From: an uncultured Lentimicrobiaceae bacterium
Lineage (GTDB): Bacteria > Bacteroidota > Bacteroidia > Bacteroidales > F082
NCBI GenBank assembly: GCA_964400655.1
Contig: CAYNVN010000121.1
Coordinates: 2,770-66,769 of the forward strand
Direction of reading: 5' to 3'
DNA: 64,000 nucleotides
How positions within the stretch are numbered: position 1 is the stretch's first letter; every line of letters begins with the position of its first letter. The notes below the pieces were generated by a model, which saw only the letters and a list, made by a program, of their open reading frames with translations, made no database searches and was not told the origin of the DNA. This document shows positions 47,373-57,956 of this stretch, in pieces. The position numbers and the translations under genes were made by a program.

Positions 47373-48173
47373 CTATCCGATTGTTAAAGTAAGTGCCACA
47401 GAAAAACCAAATGTTTTATTAACATTCCGGCCATATACATCGAATGGTGCAGCCACCACGATAATGTACCTTTTACCCGTTTCGATGGTAACGCCCGGAT
47501 AAATCATCAGGCGTGTTTGGTTCAATCCGTTTTCCAGATGACTGTGTTCAAATCCAACCGAACCGATCAACTGCAACTGATGCTTAAAAACATAATAACC
47601 GGCATCAAGACTTGTATAAACGGAACCTGTTTTCGTGCTGGCAGGCTCTTTTAAAAACCTGTCGTACTCCAGATTAAAGTCCAGCGAAAAATTTTCTCCC
47701 TTTTGATAGGAAAAAACGCCGCCAATACCTGCCTGTATGGTATTATCTTCGGTACGATACCCCCTGTTAAAAGTTCCATCTCCCATGGGAATATTTACAC
47801 CACCAATTAAAGCCAGTCCAAAACGCTTTTTTTGCATCAAAACATATCTTGCACCAAACAAACCGGTTTTCATATCCATGGGAACAAAAACCCCGATTTC
47901 AAGTTTATCGAACAACCCGTAAGTAATACGCATACCAACGCCCGAAAAACGGTTAATGCTGTCGGAAGTCGAAAAAGTATCTTCCAATTCCGATTCATTA
48001 TTCCAGTGCTTTCGACTTTGACCATAATAAAAGGCCGGCTCAAACTCAATTTTATGATGATCAACCACATCAACACAATACGAACGGAGTTTAGAACCTG
48101 AGATGCCCCCAATCTGAGCAATAATACCGCTACTAAACAATAGTGACAAAATCAATACTAAAAAATGTTTCAT
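47373..48173 (-). CDS. Outer-membrane beta-barrel protein of unknown function
   Basis: Start chosen at MKHFLVLILSLLFSSGIIAQ. Alternating-strand composition and a C-terminal ...FGFSVALTLTIG. Family uncertain. Confidence 0.5.
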   Translation of the reverse strand: MKHFLVLILSLLFSSGIIAQIGGISGSKLRSYCVDVVDHHKIEFEPAFYYGQSRKHWNNESELEDTFSTSDSINRFSGVGMRITYGLFDKLEIGVFVPMDMKTGLFGARYVLMQKKRFGLALIGGVNIPMGDGTFNRGYRTEDNTIQAGIGGVFSYQKGENFSLDFNLEYDRFLKEPASTKTGSVYTSLDAGYYVFKHQLQLIGSVGFEHSHLENGLNQTRLMIYPGVTIETGKRYIIVVAAPFDVYGRNVNKTFGFSVALTLTIG

Positions 48174-48286
48174 ATACTTTTTTTTGGACAAATAAAAACA
48201 AAGAAACAACATTATTCACTAACTATTGTTAGGTATTTACCAATAAGCCAAAAAAAGTACTTTTGTAAAAATAAAAATCTTGTCAA

Positions 48287-49933
48287 ATGAATATAACCAA
48301 CACCTTTACCCTCTCCGGAAACATTGTTGATATCCACACCGAAACGGTAATTAAAGGAACCGTTTATGTTGAAAACGGATACATTAAAGATATTGTAAAA
48401 GACGAATCGGTTACCGGAGAACAGCACATTCTTCCGGGCCTTATTGATTCGCACATCCATATCGAAAGCTCCATGCTAATCCCTTCGGAATTTGCGCGAC
48501 TTGCCGTTACCCACGGAACCGTGGCCACCGTTTCCGACCCGCATGAAATTGCCAACGTTTTGGGCATCAACGGAATCAAATATATGATCGAAAACGGCAA
48601 GCAGGTTCCTTTCAAATTTTATTTCGGCGCATCCTCGTGTGTGCCCGCCACCCCTTTTGAAACAGCAGGAGCCGAACTCGGCCCCAAAGAGCTGGATGAA
48701 CTGATGGCCATGGACGAAATCAAATACATGGCTGAAATGATGAATTTTCCGGGGGTTATAAACCGCGACCCTTTTGTGATGGAAAAACTATCCATTGCCA
48801 AAAAATACAACAAACCGGTTGACGGCCACGCTCCGGGTGTAAAAGGTGAAGCTGCCGAAAAATATATTGAAGCAGGTATCAGCACCGACCACGAGTGCTT
48901 TACCATGGAAGAGGCTCTGGAAAAAATAAAATACGGAATGAAAATACAAATCCGCGAAGGTAGTGCCGCCAAAAACTTTGATGCCCTTGTGGACCTGCTT
49001 AATGATCATGCCGATGATGTTCTGTTTTGCTCGGACGACAAACATCCCGACGATTTGGAGGCCGGCCACATTAACCAACTTGTAAAACGTGCCGCCGCAA
49101 AGGGTTACGATATCATAAAGGTTTTAAAAAATGTAATCTTAAACCCCATAAATCATTACAACCTGGAGGTGGGTTCGCTTAAAACCGGCGACCCGGCCGA
49201 TATGATTGTTGTGGACAATCTTAAATCCTTTAATGTTTTACAAACCTATGTCAACGGAATAAAAGTTGCCGAAAACGGTAAAACACTTATTAAATCGGTA
49301 ACAGCAGAAAAACCCAACCAGTTTAATGCCGATCCCGTTTCTGTTAACGACATAAAGGTGCCGGCAGGTAACAACAATAAAATTAAAGTAATAGAAGCAT
49401 ACGACGGGGAACTGATTACCGGTGTTTTAAAAGAAAACGCCAAAATTGAAAACGATACGATTATAAGCGACGTAGATAACGATGTTTTAAAAATTGTGGT
49501 GCTAAACCGCTATCAAAAAGGGGCAAAACCCGCTGTTGCCTTTATCAAAGGTTTCGGGCTAAAAACAGGAGCATTGGCATCCAGCGTGGCTCACGACAGC
49601 CATAATGTGGTTGCCACAGGCACTTCGGATGAAGAGATTGTTAAAGCCATGAATCTGGTCATCAACTCAAAAGGTGGCGTTTCTGTTTCAAACGGCGAAT
49701 ATTCGGATGTTTTACCGTTACCGGTGGCCGGACTTATGAGTACCGATGATGCTTACGAAGTTTCAAAAAAATATCACCGGCTGGATAAAAAAGCCCACGA
49801 ACTCGGCTCAAAATTAAGAGCTCCGTTTATGACCATGTCGTTTATGGCCCTGCTGGTAATACCCGATTTAAAACTGAGCGACAAAGGACTGTTTGACGGA
49901 ACAACTTTCAGTTTTACCGATATTTATGAATAA
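48287..49933 (+). CDS. ade: Adenine deaminase
   Basis: Amidohydrolase metal motif LPGLIDSHIHIESSM. 548 aa, with the typical two-domain Ade layout. A TACTTTTG -7-like box at 48258-48265 precedes it. Confidence 0.9.
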   Translation: MNITNTFTLSGNIVDIHTETVIKGTVYVENGYIKDIVKDESVTGEQHILPGLIDSHIHIESSMLIPSEFARLAVTHGTVATVSDPHEIANVLGINGIKYMIENGKQVPFKFYFGASSCVPATPFETAGAELGPKELDELMAMDEIKYMAEMMNFPGVINRDPFVMEKLSIAKKYNKPVDGHAPGVKGEAAEKYIEAGISTDHECFTMEEALEKIKYGMKIQIREGSAAKNFDALVDLLNDHADDVLFCSDDKHPDDLEAGHINQLVKRAAAKGYDIIKVLKNVILNPINHYNLEVGSLKTGDPADMIVVDNLKSFNVLQTYVNGIKVAENGKTLIKSVTAEKPNQFNADPVSVNDIKVPAGNNNKIKVIEAYDGELITGVLKENAKIENDTIISDVDNDVLKIVVLNRYQKGAKPAVAFIKGFGLKTGALASSVAHDSHNVVATGTSDEEIVKAMNLVINSKGGVSVSNGEYSDVLPLPVAGLMSTDDAYEVSKKYHRLDKKAHELGSKLRAPFMTMSFMALLVIPDLKLSDKGLFDGTTFSFTDIYE

Positions 49934-50081
49934 GATAGCCGGGCTATAAAACAGATATTATCCGGTTTTAGGGCTACATGCTTATTTAGATTTGTTAAAA
50001 ATATATATAGGTAAGTAATATATATAGATACATTATTATTATTACAACTATCTTTTTTTATTTTTGCTAAAAAATAGTGTC

Positions 50082-50381
50082 ATGGGAAATTTTAATATTG
50101 ATATTGATAAACTGGAATTGGCTGCAAGCAAACTGAGAGCCATATCGCACCCTATGAGAATTGCCATAATCGAACTGCTATCCGGCGATAAACACCTGAG
50201 TGTAACCGAAATTTACAAAGCCCTCGATATTGAACAGGCAACCGCTTCGCATCATTTGAATATTTTGAAAAACAAAAACGTGCTGGTTTCAAAACGCGAC
50301 GGAAAAAAAATATTTTATGCCCTGCGCAGTTCAACCCTAACAGAAATTATTGAGTGTATTAACCGTTGTAACGACGATTAA
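50082..50381 (+). CDS. ArsR/SmtB-family transcriptional regulator
   Basis: LRAISHPMRIAIIELLSGDKHLSVTEIYKALDIEQATASHHLNILKNKNVLVSKRDGKKIFYAL. ATG at 50082; the track's start at 50064 is a TTG. Confidence 0.85.
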   Translation: MGNFNIDIDKLELAASKLRAISHPMRIAIIELLSGDKHLSVTEIYKALDIEQATASHHLNILKNKNVLVSKRDGKKIFYALRSSTLTEIIECINRCNDD

Positions 50382-50399
50382 CCAACATAAAGCCGTTGA

Positions 50400-50957
50400 T
50401 TACGCTTCAATGGCTTTAACCAGTTTTTGATACCACGTTTTACCGAACTTTCTTTCAAGAGGCGTTTTCAGATACTTATAAAGAGGCACACCGTTTTCAC
50501 GGCCGGCCTTTAATGCAGGGGCACAAATAGACCACCTGTGATAATTCACCGCAATCTTATCTCCCACTTTATCCAGTCTAACAGGGTACAAATGACAGGA
50601 AACCGGTTTCCGGAAATTAATTTTCCCATCAAGCCAGGCTTTTTCGATGGCACACAGTGCAATTCCGTTTTCATAATAAACAAATGCACATTCGCGGTTA
50701 TTAACCAATGTGGTAACATATTCGGCATCCATATCATAATCAAAAACACCGGTTAACTTAACCGCTTCAATCCCCTCTTTTGTCATGTAAGGAGTTATCT
50801 CGTCCAAATAGTCCTCCAAAACGGAAATTTCCTCTTCTTCCAGCGGGGCACCGGCATCGCCCTCCACACAACAATCACCGCGACAAGCTTTAAGATTACA
50901 GGAAAAATAGATATCTTTTATTTCGTCGCTTACCAGAACATCATCAATAATTATCAT
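50400..50957 (-). CDS. DUF3109-like Cys-rich protein
   Basis: N-terminal CNLKACRGDCCVEGDAGAP cluster, 185 aa. The family name is from memory. Confidence 0.55.
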   Translation of the reverse strand: MIIIDDVLVSDEIKDIYFSCNLKACRGDCCVEGDAGAPLEEEEISVLEDYLDEITPYMTKEGIEAVKLTGVFDYDMDAEYVTTLVNNRECAFVYYENGIALCAIEKAWLDGKINFRKPVSCHLYPVRLDKVGDKIAVNYHRWSICAPALKAGRENGVPLYKYLKTPLERKFGKTWYQKLVKAIEA

Positions 50958-51014
50958 GGGGCAAAGGTAGAATTTTAGAAACTATTTTACAGCATAAACA
51001 AAAGAAACGGCAAA

Positions 51015-52112
51015 CTACCTCAGTTTGTATCGCTTTCCGGGCAAACTAATTACCAGACCACGGAACTCAAGGTTCAAAAGCAGGGAAGAGACCTGCGAAA
51101 CGGGAATTTTACTTTTTGCCATCAGCTCATCAATTCCGGTTTCTCCATCTTCTGTAAGAATATCCATCAATATTTTTTCATCATCCGACAGATTTACAAA
51201 AAGCTCAGGTTGGGATACCGGTTTTTCATCATCATCTTCCCAGCCTGTTAAGCGAATAATGTCATCCGCCGATTCAACCAAAGCCGCCCTATTGGTTTTT
51301 ATTAAAAAATTGGTTCCTTTTGAATAGACATCTTCTGTTCTACCCGGAACTGCAAACACATCGCGGCTGTACGAAAAAGCAATGTCGGCCGTAATAATCG
51401 CACCTCCTTTTATCCTCGATTCAACAACCAGTGTCGCATCGGTCATTCCCGCAACAATTCTGTTTCTTTTGGGAAAATTCTCCCGATCGGGAGTGGTGCC
51501 CGAAAGGAATTCGGTAAGCAGCCCTCCGTTTTCCATCATCGAGGCGGCAAGGTTACGGTTTTCGGCCGGATACAGCCTGTCGAGCCCGTGGCCCAATACA
51601 CCAACCGTAGGCAAATGGTAACTAAGGGCGTTTTTATGGGCACAACTGTCGATACCATAGGCAAGGCCGCTTACAATCATCACCCCTTTATTTTTTAACC
51701 CTTCAATAATTTTTTCGCATTGGGTTCTTCCGTAAGGAGTTGAGCGGCGAGTACCCACCACGGCAAGCATCCGTTTATAATTTAAACTTTGGTTGCCCTG
51801 ATAGTATAGCATCACAGGACCGTCGTCGCAATGAAACAACCGCCGGGGATACTCTTCATCGGTATAAAACAGCGGTTTAATATTATATTTTTTAATAAAC
51901 GATATCTCCTTTTCCGCCCTGCTCAACACCGAATGGTTAACAATGTTGTTGACCGTACTTTCGCCAATGCCCGGTATTTTCAGCAATGCCTTCCTGCTTT
52001 CGCGAAATACGGCTTCCGCCCCGCCGCAATAGGATACCAGCTTTTTACCATTTACCGAGCCGATGGAAGGAATCAGTGTTATTCCTATTTTATATAACAG
52101 ATCGTCGGGCAT
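51015..52112 (-). CDS. dprA: DNA-processing protein DprA (Smf)
   Basis: VVGTRRSTPYG, SGLAYGIDSCAHKNAL and the Rossmann-like core, plus a C-terminal winged-helix region. ATG at 52112. Confidence 0.9.
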   Translation of the reverse strand: MPDDLLYKIGITLIPSIGSVNGKKLVSYCGGAEAVFRESRKALLKIPGIGESTVNNIVNHSVLSRAEKEISFIKKYNIKPLFYTDEEYPRRLFHCDDGPVMLYYQGNQSLNYKRMLAVVGTRRSTPYGRTQCEKIIEGLKNKGVMIVSGLAYGIDSCAHKNALSYHLPTVGVLGHGLDRLYPAENRNLAASMMENGGLLTEFLSGTTPDRENFPKRNRIVAGMTDATLVVESRIKGGAIITADIAFSYSRDVFAVPGRTEDVYSKGTNFLIKTNRAALVESADDIIRLTGWEDDDEKPVSQPELFVNLSDDEKILMDILTEDGETGIDELMAKSKIPVSQVSSLLLNLEFRGLVISLPGKRYKLR

Positions 52113-52121
52113 AACAAACAA

Positions 52122-52592
52122 TCACAAAATATCTTTATTATTTGAACCGGTTTCTTTTCTTAAAATGCTATAAGCACAACGGGCTACCGCCACAGGCTCA
52201 TCCTGGTGTTTTTGAAACAGTTTTACATCGGCTACAATGATACGCTTACCCGATTTCACCAGTTTACTTACTGCAAAAATATCTTTTTCAATGGCTCCGT
52301 GAAGGTAGTCGATACGCATATCGATGGTATTTACCTTATCGCCGGGAACGGCAAGGCTAAGTGCCACCAATCCGCCCGTACTGTCGGCAATTGCCGCCAA
52401 TATACCTCCGTGCCACAATCCGCGCGAAAAATCGCCGGTAAATTCATCTTTAAACGGAATGCAAACTTCGGCAAAGCCCTCTTCCAGCTTTTGTATTTCC
52501 ATTCCCAATATTTTATTGGCAGGCATGATATTTTCAATAATATCTTTTAAAGCCGACAAGCGTTCTTCGGTTGTTAAAAAATTATCTTTCAT
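52122..52592 (-). CDS. PaaI-type hotdog-fold thioesterase
   Basis: ...NKILGMEI...EGFAEV...NPRGxxHGG-like LWHGGILAAIADSTGG block. ATG at 52592 preferred over the TTG at 52616. Confidence 0.75.
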   Translation of the reverse strand: MKDNFLTTEERLSALKDIIENIMPANKILGMEIQKLEEGFAEVCIPFKDEFTGDFSRGLWHGGILAAIADSTGGLVALSLAVPGDKVNTIDMRIDYLHGAIEKDIFAVSKLVKSGKRIIVADVKLFQKHQDEPVAVARCAYSILRKETGSNNKDIL

Positions 52593-52635
52593 TCCTATAA
52601 TTTGATTTTCATACAAAAGTAATGGTATAAACCAT

Positions 52636-55314
52636 TTAGTAATCTCTGAAATCTTTCTTTTTATTAAGTTTCAGATCCTGAAGAATAGCAGCCTTCACAT
52701 TTATGGAAAAATTCCAACTTTTGCGTGGCCCGAAAGGAATAACATTGAAGCTCATTTCCCAGCAATGCAGATCGCGATGTATGTTAAAAGAAGTAAGAGA
52801 AATCTCATTATCGGTAAAATCCCAACCCGTTCGAAAAGTAACTTTCCATTTTGGTGTAATATTAACCTGGCCGGAAAGCCCAAGCGTTTGAACAATCCTG
52901 TTTGTTGGTATTTTTTCGTAATTGATATACGCTATATTGGTGGTATAACTAAAATTATAGCTCAGATTAATGGACCAGGGAATGTTCCAATCGATATATT
53001 CGCTATGGTCGTTTAACGTTCCCACATCTTCACGGACATATTTCTCCTCTGTAATTATTTCACTTTTTTCCTCCTCATTTTTCCCCTTATCCTTTTTCTT
53101 TTTAAAATCTTTATCGCTTAGCCGCAGGCTGAGACTAAGTGCCCATGCAGTATTGGATTTTCTGAACAGCCTTTTGTTTTTTGTCCACTCAAGAGTATTG
53201 GTACGCCTGCCGGCCGAGTCTAACGCATACGGGTCCCACAGCGAGCTGTATTTCAAATCAATATTTTTCCAAAGGGTTGTTCTTCCACTCATACTAAGGT
53301 ACGACATATTTACCGAATCCTTGGCAAGATCATAATTACCATTAATGGTAAAGCTCTTTATCAGGGTAATTTTTTTCATACCTGTGACAGTATCTTTGCG
53401 TGATCTCACCTTAATTTCCAGGTTATTTCCAAAATTAAAACCTATTTGTCCCGACTTATACTGAGGCGGCGAACCATATAAAAACCCCTGATACTTTGAA
53501 TAGGAATGCTCTTCGCCTTCGCCATCAATATAAGAGTCGTAATATCCCCATGTTGAGTTTCCGAAATCCGGCACATAATTAAATGTTATGGAGGGCGTAA
53601 AAACATGACGAACAGCCTTTAACGGCCCTTTTTTAAATCGCAGCATTCCGTAAACCTTGGTGGAAAGGCTGCTGCTTACGTTAAAATCGAACGTATTGTT
53701 AAACCCCGCTATGGTATCTTTGGCAACATATCCCACGATGGTATCGTTTCCGTTAATAATGGTATCGTTAACCCAATATTGATCAACCTGTTGCGAATAC
53801 ATTCTGTCGGTAACGGTTAGCGAGTTACTCCATGTAAAATATTTAAACAGTTTTACGGGGAGTCTGACAGGTAACTTATGTATTACTCCGTTTTGCATAT
53901 TGCGTTGATAAGCCTGCTCGGTAAAAACCAGCGAATCGTAGGTATTAACCACATTTTTCCCGTTAACCGAATAGGTGATACTCAAATCTTCGTAGAATCG
54001 TTTTTTACCGGTTCTGTTCTTTTTCCGCAAAGGATAAAAAGTATTTACATTAAAAGTAAGCTCCGGCAAAGTAATCTGCACCACATGAGTTTTGGTGTTT
54101 TGCCGGTGACTTCCGTTGGCGGTTAAATAATATTTACCTGCCCAGCTGGTTTGGTATGAAACGCTCGACTGGAACTCGTTGGAAAGATAGTCGTTAAGAT
54201 CAACAGAATTATACTTAATAAAATTGGAGGTTACAATGTTAACATTGGCATTGAACCTGCTGTTAGGGCGGGCCTTTGCATCTTGTGAGTGCGTCCACCG
54301 TATTCTGAAGTCATTGCTTTTTTGATAGTCGGGCGAATACTTATCGCTTATAATATTAACCGCATATTGCACTGCAAACGAGCCACTGAATTTATACCGT
54401 TTTTTATAACGAAAAGTCGGTTTTATGGCCCAGCTTCCTCTTGAATAGATATCGCCAATCATTTTCAGGTCCATATAATCGTTTATGTGCCAATAGTACC
54501 CGCCTCCTTCGAGGTAAAACCCGCGATTGGCCGATTCACCATAACTTGGAATCACAATTCCCGACCGCTGGCGACTGTTGTTTGGAAACATCCCGAAAGG
54601 TATGGCCAGCGGTGTTGGCACACCTTCTATTTCCATGTAGGCAGGCCCCGTTACAATTTTGTTATCGGGAATAACCCTCGCTTTTTTAAACTTAAACCTG
54701 AAATGGGGATGATCTTCAAGGTTACAGGTTGTATATGAACCATGCAGAAGGTTGATTGAATTATCAGGTAATTTTTTAACCCGTCCTCCGGCCAAAAACC
54801 CCTGTGCATCCTCGGTAAAGATGCTGTAAATATAGCCTTTGCCCGAATCAAAATTATACTCAATGGTATCGGCTTTAAAGGTTTGCCCGCCCTGTGTAAA
54901 TACAGGCCTGCCCTGCTGCTTTCCCGTTGAATCGATAACCCCGTATGCCACAACGGTATTATTGTTAAAGTTAACCTCAATGCGGGCTGCTTTCAAATCA
55001 ATATCTTCATATTTAATTTCTGCATTACCATACAAAAAAACCTTTTTACTTAAAATATCCTGCACAATGGAGTCGGTGGCCGTTCGTTCAACCTTTGCAT
55101 CAATTTTGGAGTGAGTTTGCGTAAAATTAGTACTGTCAATTAAAACGGAATCCTTTTTTATGATTGCCGTATCTCCGGCAGGATTAAGGGTATCGGCAAC
55201 AATTTCCGGAAATCCATACACCATTTTTGCCGAAACACCGTTACCATACCAGGTTATCGTTAGTAATAACCAAAGCCATGTTAATAATTTACCTGAAGAT
55301 GACCTTTTCGTCAA
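52636..55314 (-). CDS. LptD/OstA-like outer-membrane LPS-assembly protein (Bacteroidota type)
   Basis: About 890-920 aa and beta-rich, with an OstA-like N-terminal region. The 5' end is uncertain. I prefer the TTG at 55314, which gives signal peptide TKRSSSGKLLTWLWLLLTITWYGNGVSA. The maximal ORF (55404) would overlap the divergent amidase start. Confidence 0.65.
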   Translation of the reverse strand: MTKRSSSGKLLTWLWLLLTITWYGNGVSAKMVYGFPEIVADTLNPAGDTAIIKKDSVLIDSTNFTQTHSKIDAKVERTATDSIVQDILSKKVFLYGNAEIKYEDIDLKAARIEVNFNNNTVVAYGVIDSTGKQQGRPVFTQGGQTFKADTIEYNFDSGKGYIYSIFTEDAQGFLAGGRVKKLPDNSINLLHGSYTTCNLEDHPHFRFKFKKARVIPDNKIVTGPAYMEIEGVPTPLAIPFGMFPNNSRQRSGIVIPSYGESANRGFYLEGGGYYWHINDYMDLKMIGDIYSRGSWAIKPTFRYKKRYKFSGSFAVQYAVNIISDKYSPDYQKSNDFRIRWTHSQDAKARPNSRFNANVNIVTSNFIKYNSVDLNDYLSNEFQSSVSYQTSWAGKYYLTANGSHRQNTKTHVVQITLPELTFNVNTFYPLRKKNRTGKKRFYEDLSITYSVNGKNVVNTYDSLVFTEQAYQRNMQNGVIHKLPVRLPVKLFKYFTWSNSLTVTDRMYSQQVDQYWVNDTIINGNDTIVGYVAKDTIAGFNNTFDFNVSSSLSTKVYGMLRFKKGPLKAVRHVFTPSITFNYVPDFGNSTWGYYDSYIDGEGEEHSYSKYQGFLYGSPPQYKSGQIGFNFGNNLEIKVRSRKDTVTGMKKITLIKSFTINGNYDLAKDSVNMSYLSMSGRTTLWKNIDLKYSSLWDPYALDSAGRRTNTLEWTKNKRLFRKSNTAWALSLSLRLSDKDFKKKKDKGKNEEEKSEIITEEKYVREDVGTLNDHSEYIDWNIPWSINLSYNFSYTTNIAYINYEKIPTNRIVQTLGLSGQVNITPKWKVTFRTGWDFTDNEISLTSFNIHRDLHCWEMSFNVIPFGPRKSWNFSINVKAAILQDLKLNKKKDFRDY

Positions 55315-55389
55315 TTGGATTGATTTACTTTTGTTAATGGCAAATACCTTTATTTGTGCAAATATAATTTCTAATTTGATACCATTAAT

Positions 55390-56802
55390 TTGAAACGGCT
55401 GCAATATATTGTTATTATCTTTTTGGTGACTTTTTCTTTGGAGTTGTTATGGGGTCAAACAACGGATAACAAAGGGAAAAAGATTACCACCATTGTTATT
55501 GATGCCGGACACGGGGGAAGAGACCCGGGCGCTTTGGGCAAACACTCGCGTGAAAAAGATATTACCCTTGCCGTGGCCCTGAAAACAGGGAGGTATATCA
55601 AAGCCAATCTTCCGGATGTTAAGGTAATTTACACCCGTAACCGGGACAGGTTTGTGGAACTAAAAACCCGCGGACAGATAGCCAATAAAAACAATGCCGA
55701 CCTGTTTATTTCAATACATTGCAATTCCAACAATTCACACGCTCCTTATGGTGCCGAAACATACGTACTGGGAAGCGACGACAAACGAAGCAACCGCAAC
55801 ATGAAAGTAGCCATGCTCGAAAATGCCGCCATCCTGCTTGAAGACAACGCTAAAGACAACTACAACGGGTTTGATCCCAATTCACCCGAATCATACATCA
55901 TCTTTTCGTTAAAACAAAACGATTACAAACAGGAGCAAAGCCTTGTGCTGGCACAAAAAATTCAAAGCCAGTTTAAAAACCGGGCAGGAAGAAAAGACAG
56001 GGGTGTTCATCAGGCGGGATTTTTGGTACTGGCAGGCACCTACATGCCTTCGGTACTGGTTGAGCTGGGATACCTTAGTAACTATACCGAAGAAAAATTC
56101 CTGTTGTCGGACAAAGGTCAATCCTATCTTGCTTCGGCCATTTACCGTGCGGTAAAATCGTACAAACACGATTACGAACTGGAAAACAATGCCGGCAGCA
56201 GTGCTGCAAATAGAACAACGGCTAAAAAAGATAAACCGGCTAAAACGTCACCATCCCCCAAACCAAAACCTGCCACCTCCGGCATTGAATACAGGGTGCA
56301 ATTTTTTACTTCGGCAAAAAAGATTCCGCTTTCCGATAAACGTTTTGGCTCCATTCCCGAAAAGTCGGTTTATTATCATAATGGTTTGTACAAGTACACA
56401 TCCGGTCATTTTAGCAATCAACAGGATGCCGAGACGCGGCGAAAAACCTTAAAAAACAAAGGCTACAACTCTTCATGGATAGTGCTGATGAAAAACGGTA
56501 AACGATATACCGGAAACCCGCCGCCACCACCCGAAACATCCGGAACAAAAAACAAACTTACCACCCATACCGTTGAATACAGGGTTCAGTTTTACACTTC
56601 ACCGAGTAAAATTCCGATAACAAGTTCAAAGTTCAAAGGAGTTGAGCAGGTTGACGTATATTATCATAACGGACTTTACAAATATACTTCGGGGCATTAC
56701 CCCTCGTTAAACCGGGCGGCAGCGCAGCAGTCAAAACTCCGTAAAAAAGGATTTACAGGAGCATTTGTTATAAAAATGAAAAACGGCAAAAGGTTGAATT
56801 AA
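55390..56802 (+). CDS. N-acetylmuramoyl-L-alanine amidase (Amidase_3) with two C-terminal SPOR domains
   Basis: IVIDAGHGGRDPGA and ISIHCNS motifs. Two SPOR-like repeats each begin EYRVQF(F/Y)TS...YYHNGLYKYTSGH. TTG start, the only start codon in the frame. Confidence 0.9.
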   Translation: MKRLQYIVIIFLVTFSLELLWGQTTDNKGKKITTIVIDAGHGGRDPGALGKHSREKDITLAVALKTGRYIKANLPDVKVIYTRNRDRFVELKTRGQIANKNNADLFISIHCNSNNSHAPYGAETYVLGSDDKRSNRNMKVAMLENAAILLEDNAKDNYNGFDPNSPESYIIFSLKQNDYKQEQSLVLAQKIQSQFKNRAGRKDRGVHQAGFLVLAGTYMPSVLVELGYLSNYTEEKFLLSDKGQSYLASAIYRAVKSYKHDYELENNAGSSAANRTTAKKDKPAKTSPSPKPKPATSGIEYRVQFFTSAKKIPLSDKRFGSIPEKSVYYHNGLYKYTSGHFSNQQDAETRRKTLKNKGYNSSWIVLMKNGKRYTGNPPPPPETSGTKNKLTTHTVEYRVQFYTSPSKIPITSSKFKGVEQVDVYYHNGLYKYTSGHYPSLNRAAAQQSKLRKKGFTGAFVIKMKNGKRLN

Positions 56803-56979
56803 CACTCTCTATAATAAACTGACAAACCTTATAAATATAGATTTATCAAAGGTAAAAAGAAGATACAAACCCTGCTTGTTGTAAAACCGGCTTTGATTAT
56901 TACTATTTTTGTTTTTTGATTTTTTAATAAAGTCCACTTAAACAAATTATCTAACTTTACACTTTAAAATAACGGCATC

Positions 56980-57927
56980 GTGAAAAGATCGAAACCATAT
57001 TTAATAGGATTTACTTTTATTTTGGCCATCGTAATATTTGTTTGGGGGTTCAACTTTCTTAAAGGACGCGACCTGTTTAAAAAACAGGAATTTTTGTTTG
57101 CCCGATACAAAATGGTAAACGGCCTGGTTGCAGCCAAGCCGGTTTATATAAACGGATTACAGGTGGGACAGGTAAGCAGGCTCTATTTTGCCCCCGATAT
57201 GTCGGGCGACATTATCGTGGAAATGGTTATTCAAAGCAAATTCCCCATCCCCAAAAACAGTGTTGCACATATTTTTAGTGCCGACCTGATGGGCTCCAAA
57301 TCCATTGAATTACATTTGGGCGACTCAAAAGAGATTGCCCAAAGCGGCGATACTTTATTAACCAGCGTAGAAGGCTCCATAATGGAGTCGGTCAACAAAC
57401 AGGTGGCACCGCTTAAAGCCAAAGCCGAAGTATTGATGAGCTCGGTTGATACCCTGATTGCAGCATTTAACACCGTATTAAACAAAAACACAACCGAAAA
57501 CCTGAAAGCAAGCATCAAAGATATTACCACTACTTTCAGGAACCTTTCAAACACTACCAGCAACATTGACACCCTTGTGGAGGTAGAATCAAACCGACTG
57601 GCCAATATTCTTGCACATGTTGATTCGCTTACCGGTACGCTAAGTGATAACCGCGAAGACCTAAGTAAAATTATTATCAACTTCAGAAGCATTAGCGATT
57701 CGCTGGCAAAAACCGATTTTTTAAGCATTATCCAAAAAGCCGACTCGTCCATAAACAGTTTAAACCAAATTCTTGCTAAAATCAACGAAGGACAAGGAAC
57801 GGCCGGCATGCTGATGAATAACGATTCGCTATACCGCGAACTGGATAAATCAGCCGAAGAATTAAATAAGTTATTAAAAGATATTAGGGAAAACCCTAAA
57901 CGGTATGTAAAATTTTCGCTGTTTTAA
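56980..57927 (+). CDS. MlaD/MCE-family protein
   Basis: GTG start, N-terminal TM helix, MCE domain ...VNGLVAAKPVYINGLQVGQVSRLYF..., and a long helical C-terminus. Confidence 0.85.
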   Translation: MKRSKPYLIGFTFILAIVIFVWGFNFLKGRDLFKKQEFLFARYKMVNGLVAAKPVYINGLQVGQVSRLYFAPDMSGDIIVEMVIQSKFPIPKNSVAHIFSADLMGSKSIELHLGDSKEIAQSGDTLLTSVEGSIMESVNKQVAPLKAKAEVLMSSVDTLIAAFNTVLNKNTTENLKASIKDITTTFRNLSNTTSNIDTLVEVESNRLANILAHVDSLTGTLSDNREDLSKIIINFRSISDSLAKTDFLSIIQKADSSINSLNQILAKINEGQGTAGMLMNNDSLYRELDKSAEELNKLLKDIRENPKRYVKFSLF

Positions 57928-57956
57928 CGCCGTCAGTATCTTTTAAAAATCATCAA

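Noticed and set aside
48213-48286. Possible purine riboswitch upstream of the adenine deaminase gene
   Set aside because: Only 74 nt are available, and the sequence lacks the conserved purine-riboswitch core (no P1/P2/P3 junction motifs). Only a TACTTTTG -7-like promoter box is evident.
50001-50027. Direct repeat ATATATATAG (50001-50010 and 50018-50027) upstream of the ArsR-family gene as a possible operator
   Set aside because: Simple (AT)n-like sequence in a very AT-rich spacer could arise by chance. There is no dyad symmetry of the kind ArsR/SmtB operators usually show.
55314-55404. Apparent 15-nt head-to-head overlap of the LptD-like and amidase ORFs
   Set aside because: This is an artefact of taking maximal ORFs. 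The amidase uses the only available start (TTG at 55390). The LptD-like gene has an in-frame TTG at 55314 that yields a proper signal peptide, so the genes are probably simply divergent.
57231-57809. 192-aa ORF antisense to the MlaD gene
   Set aside because: It lies entirely inside a longer ORF with clear MCE-domain and TM features on the other strand. Its Ser/Leu-rich sequence has no recognisable motif. This is typical of a shadow ORF.
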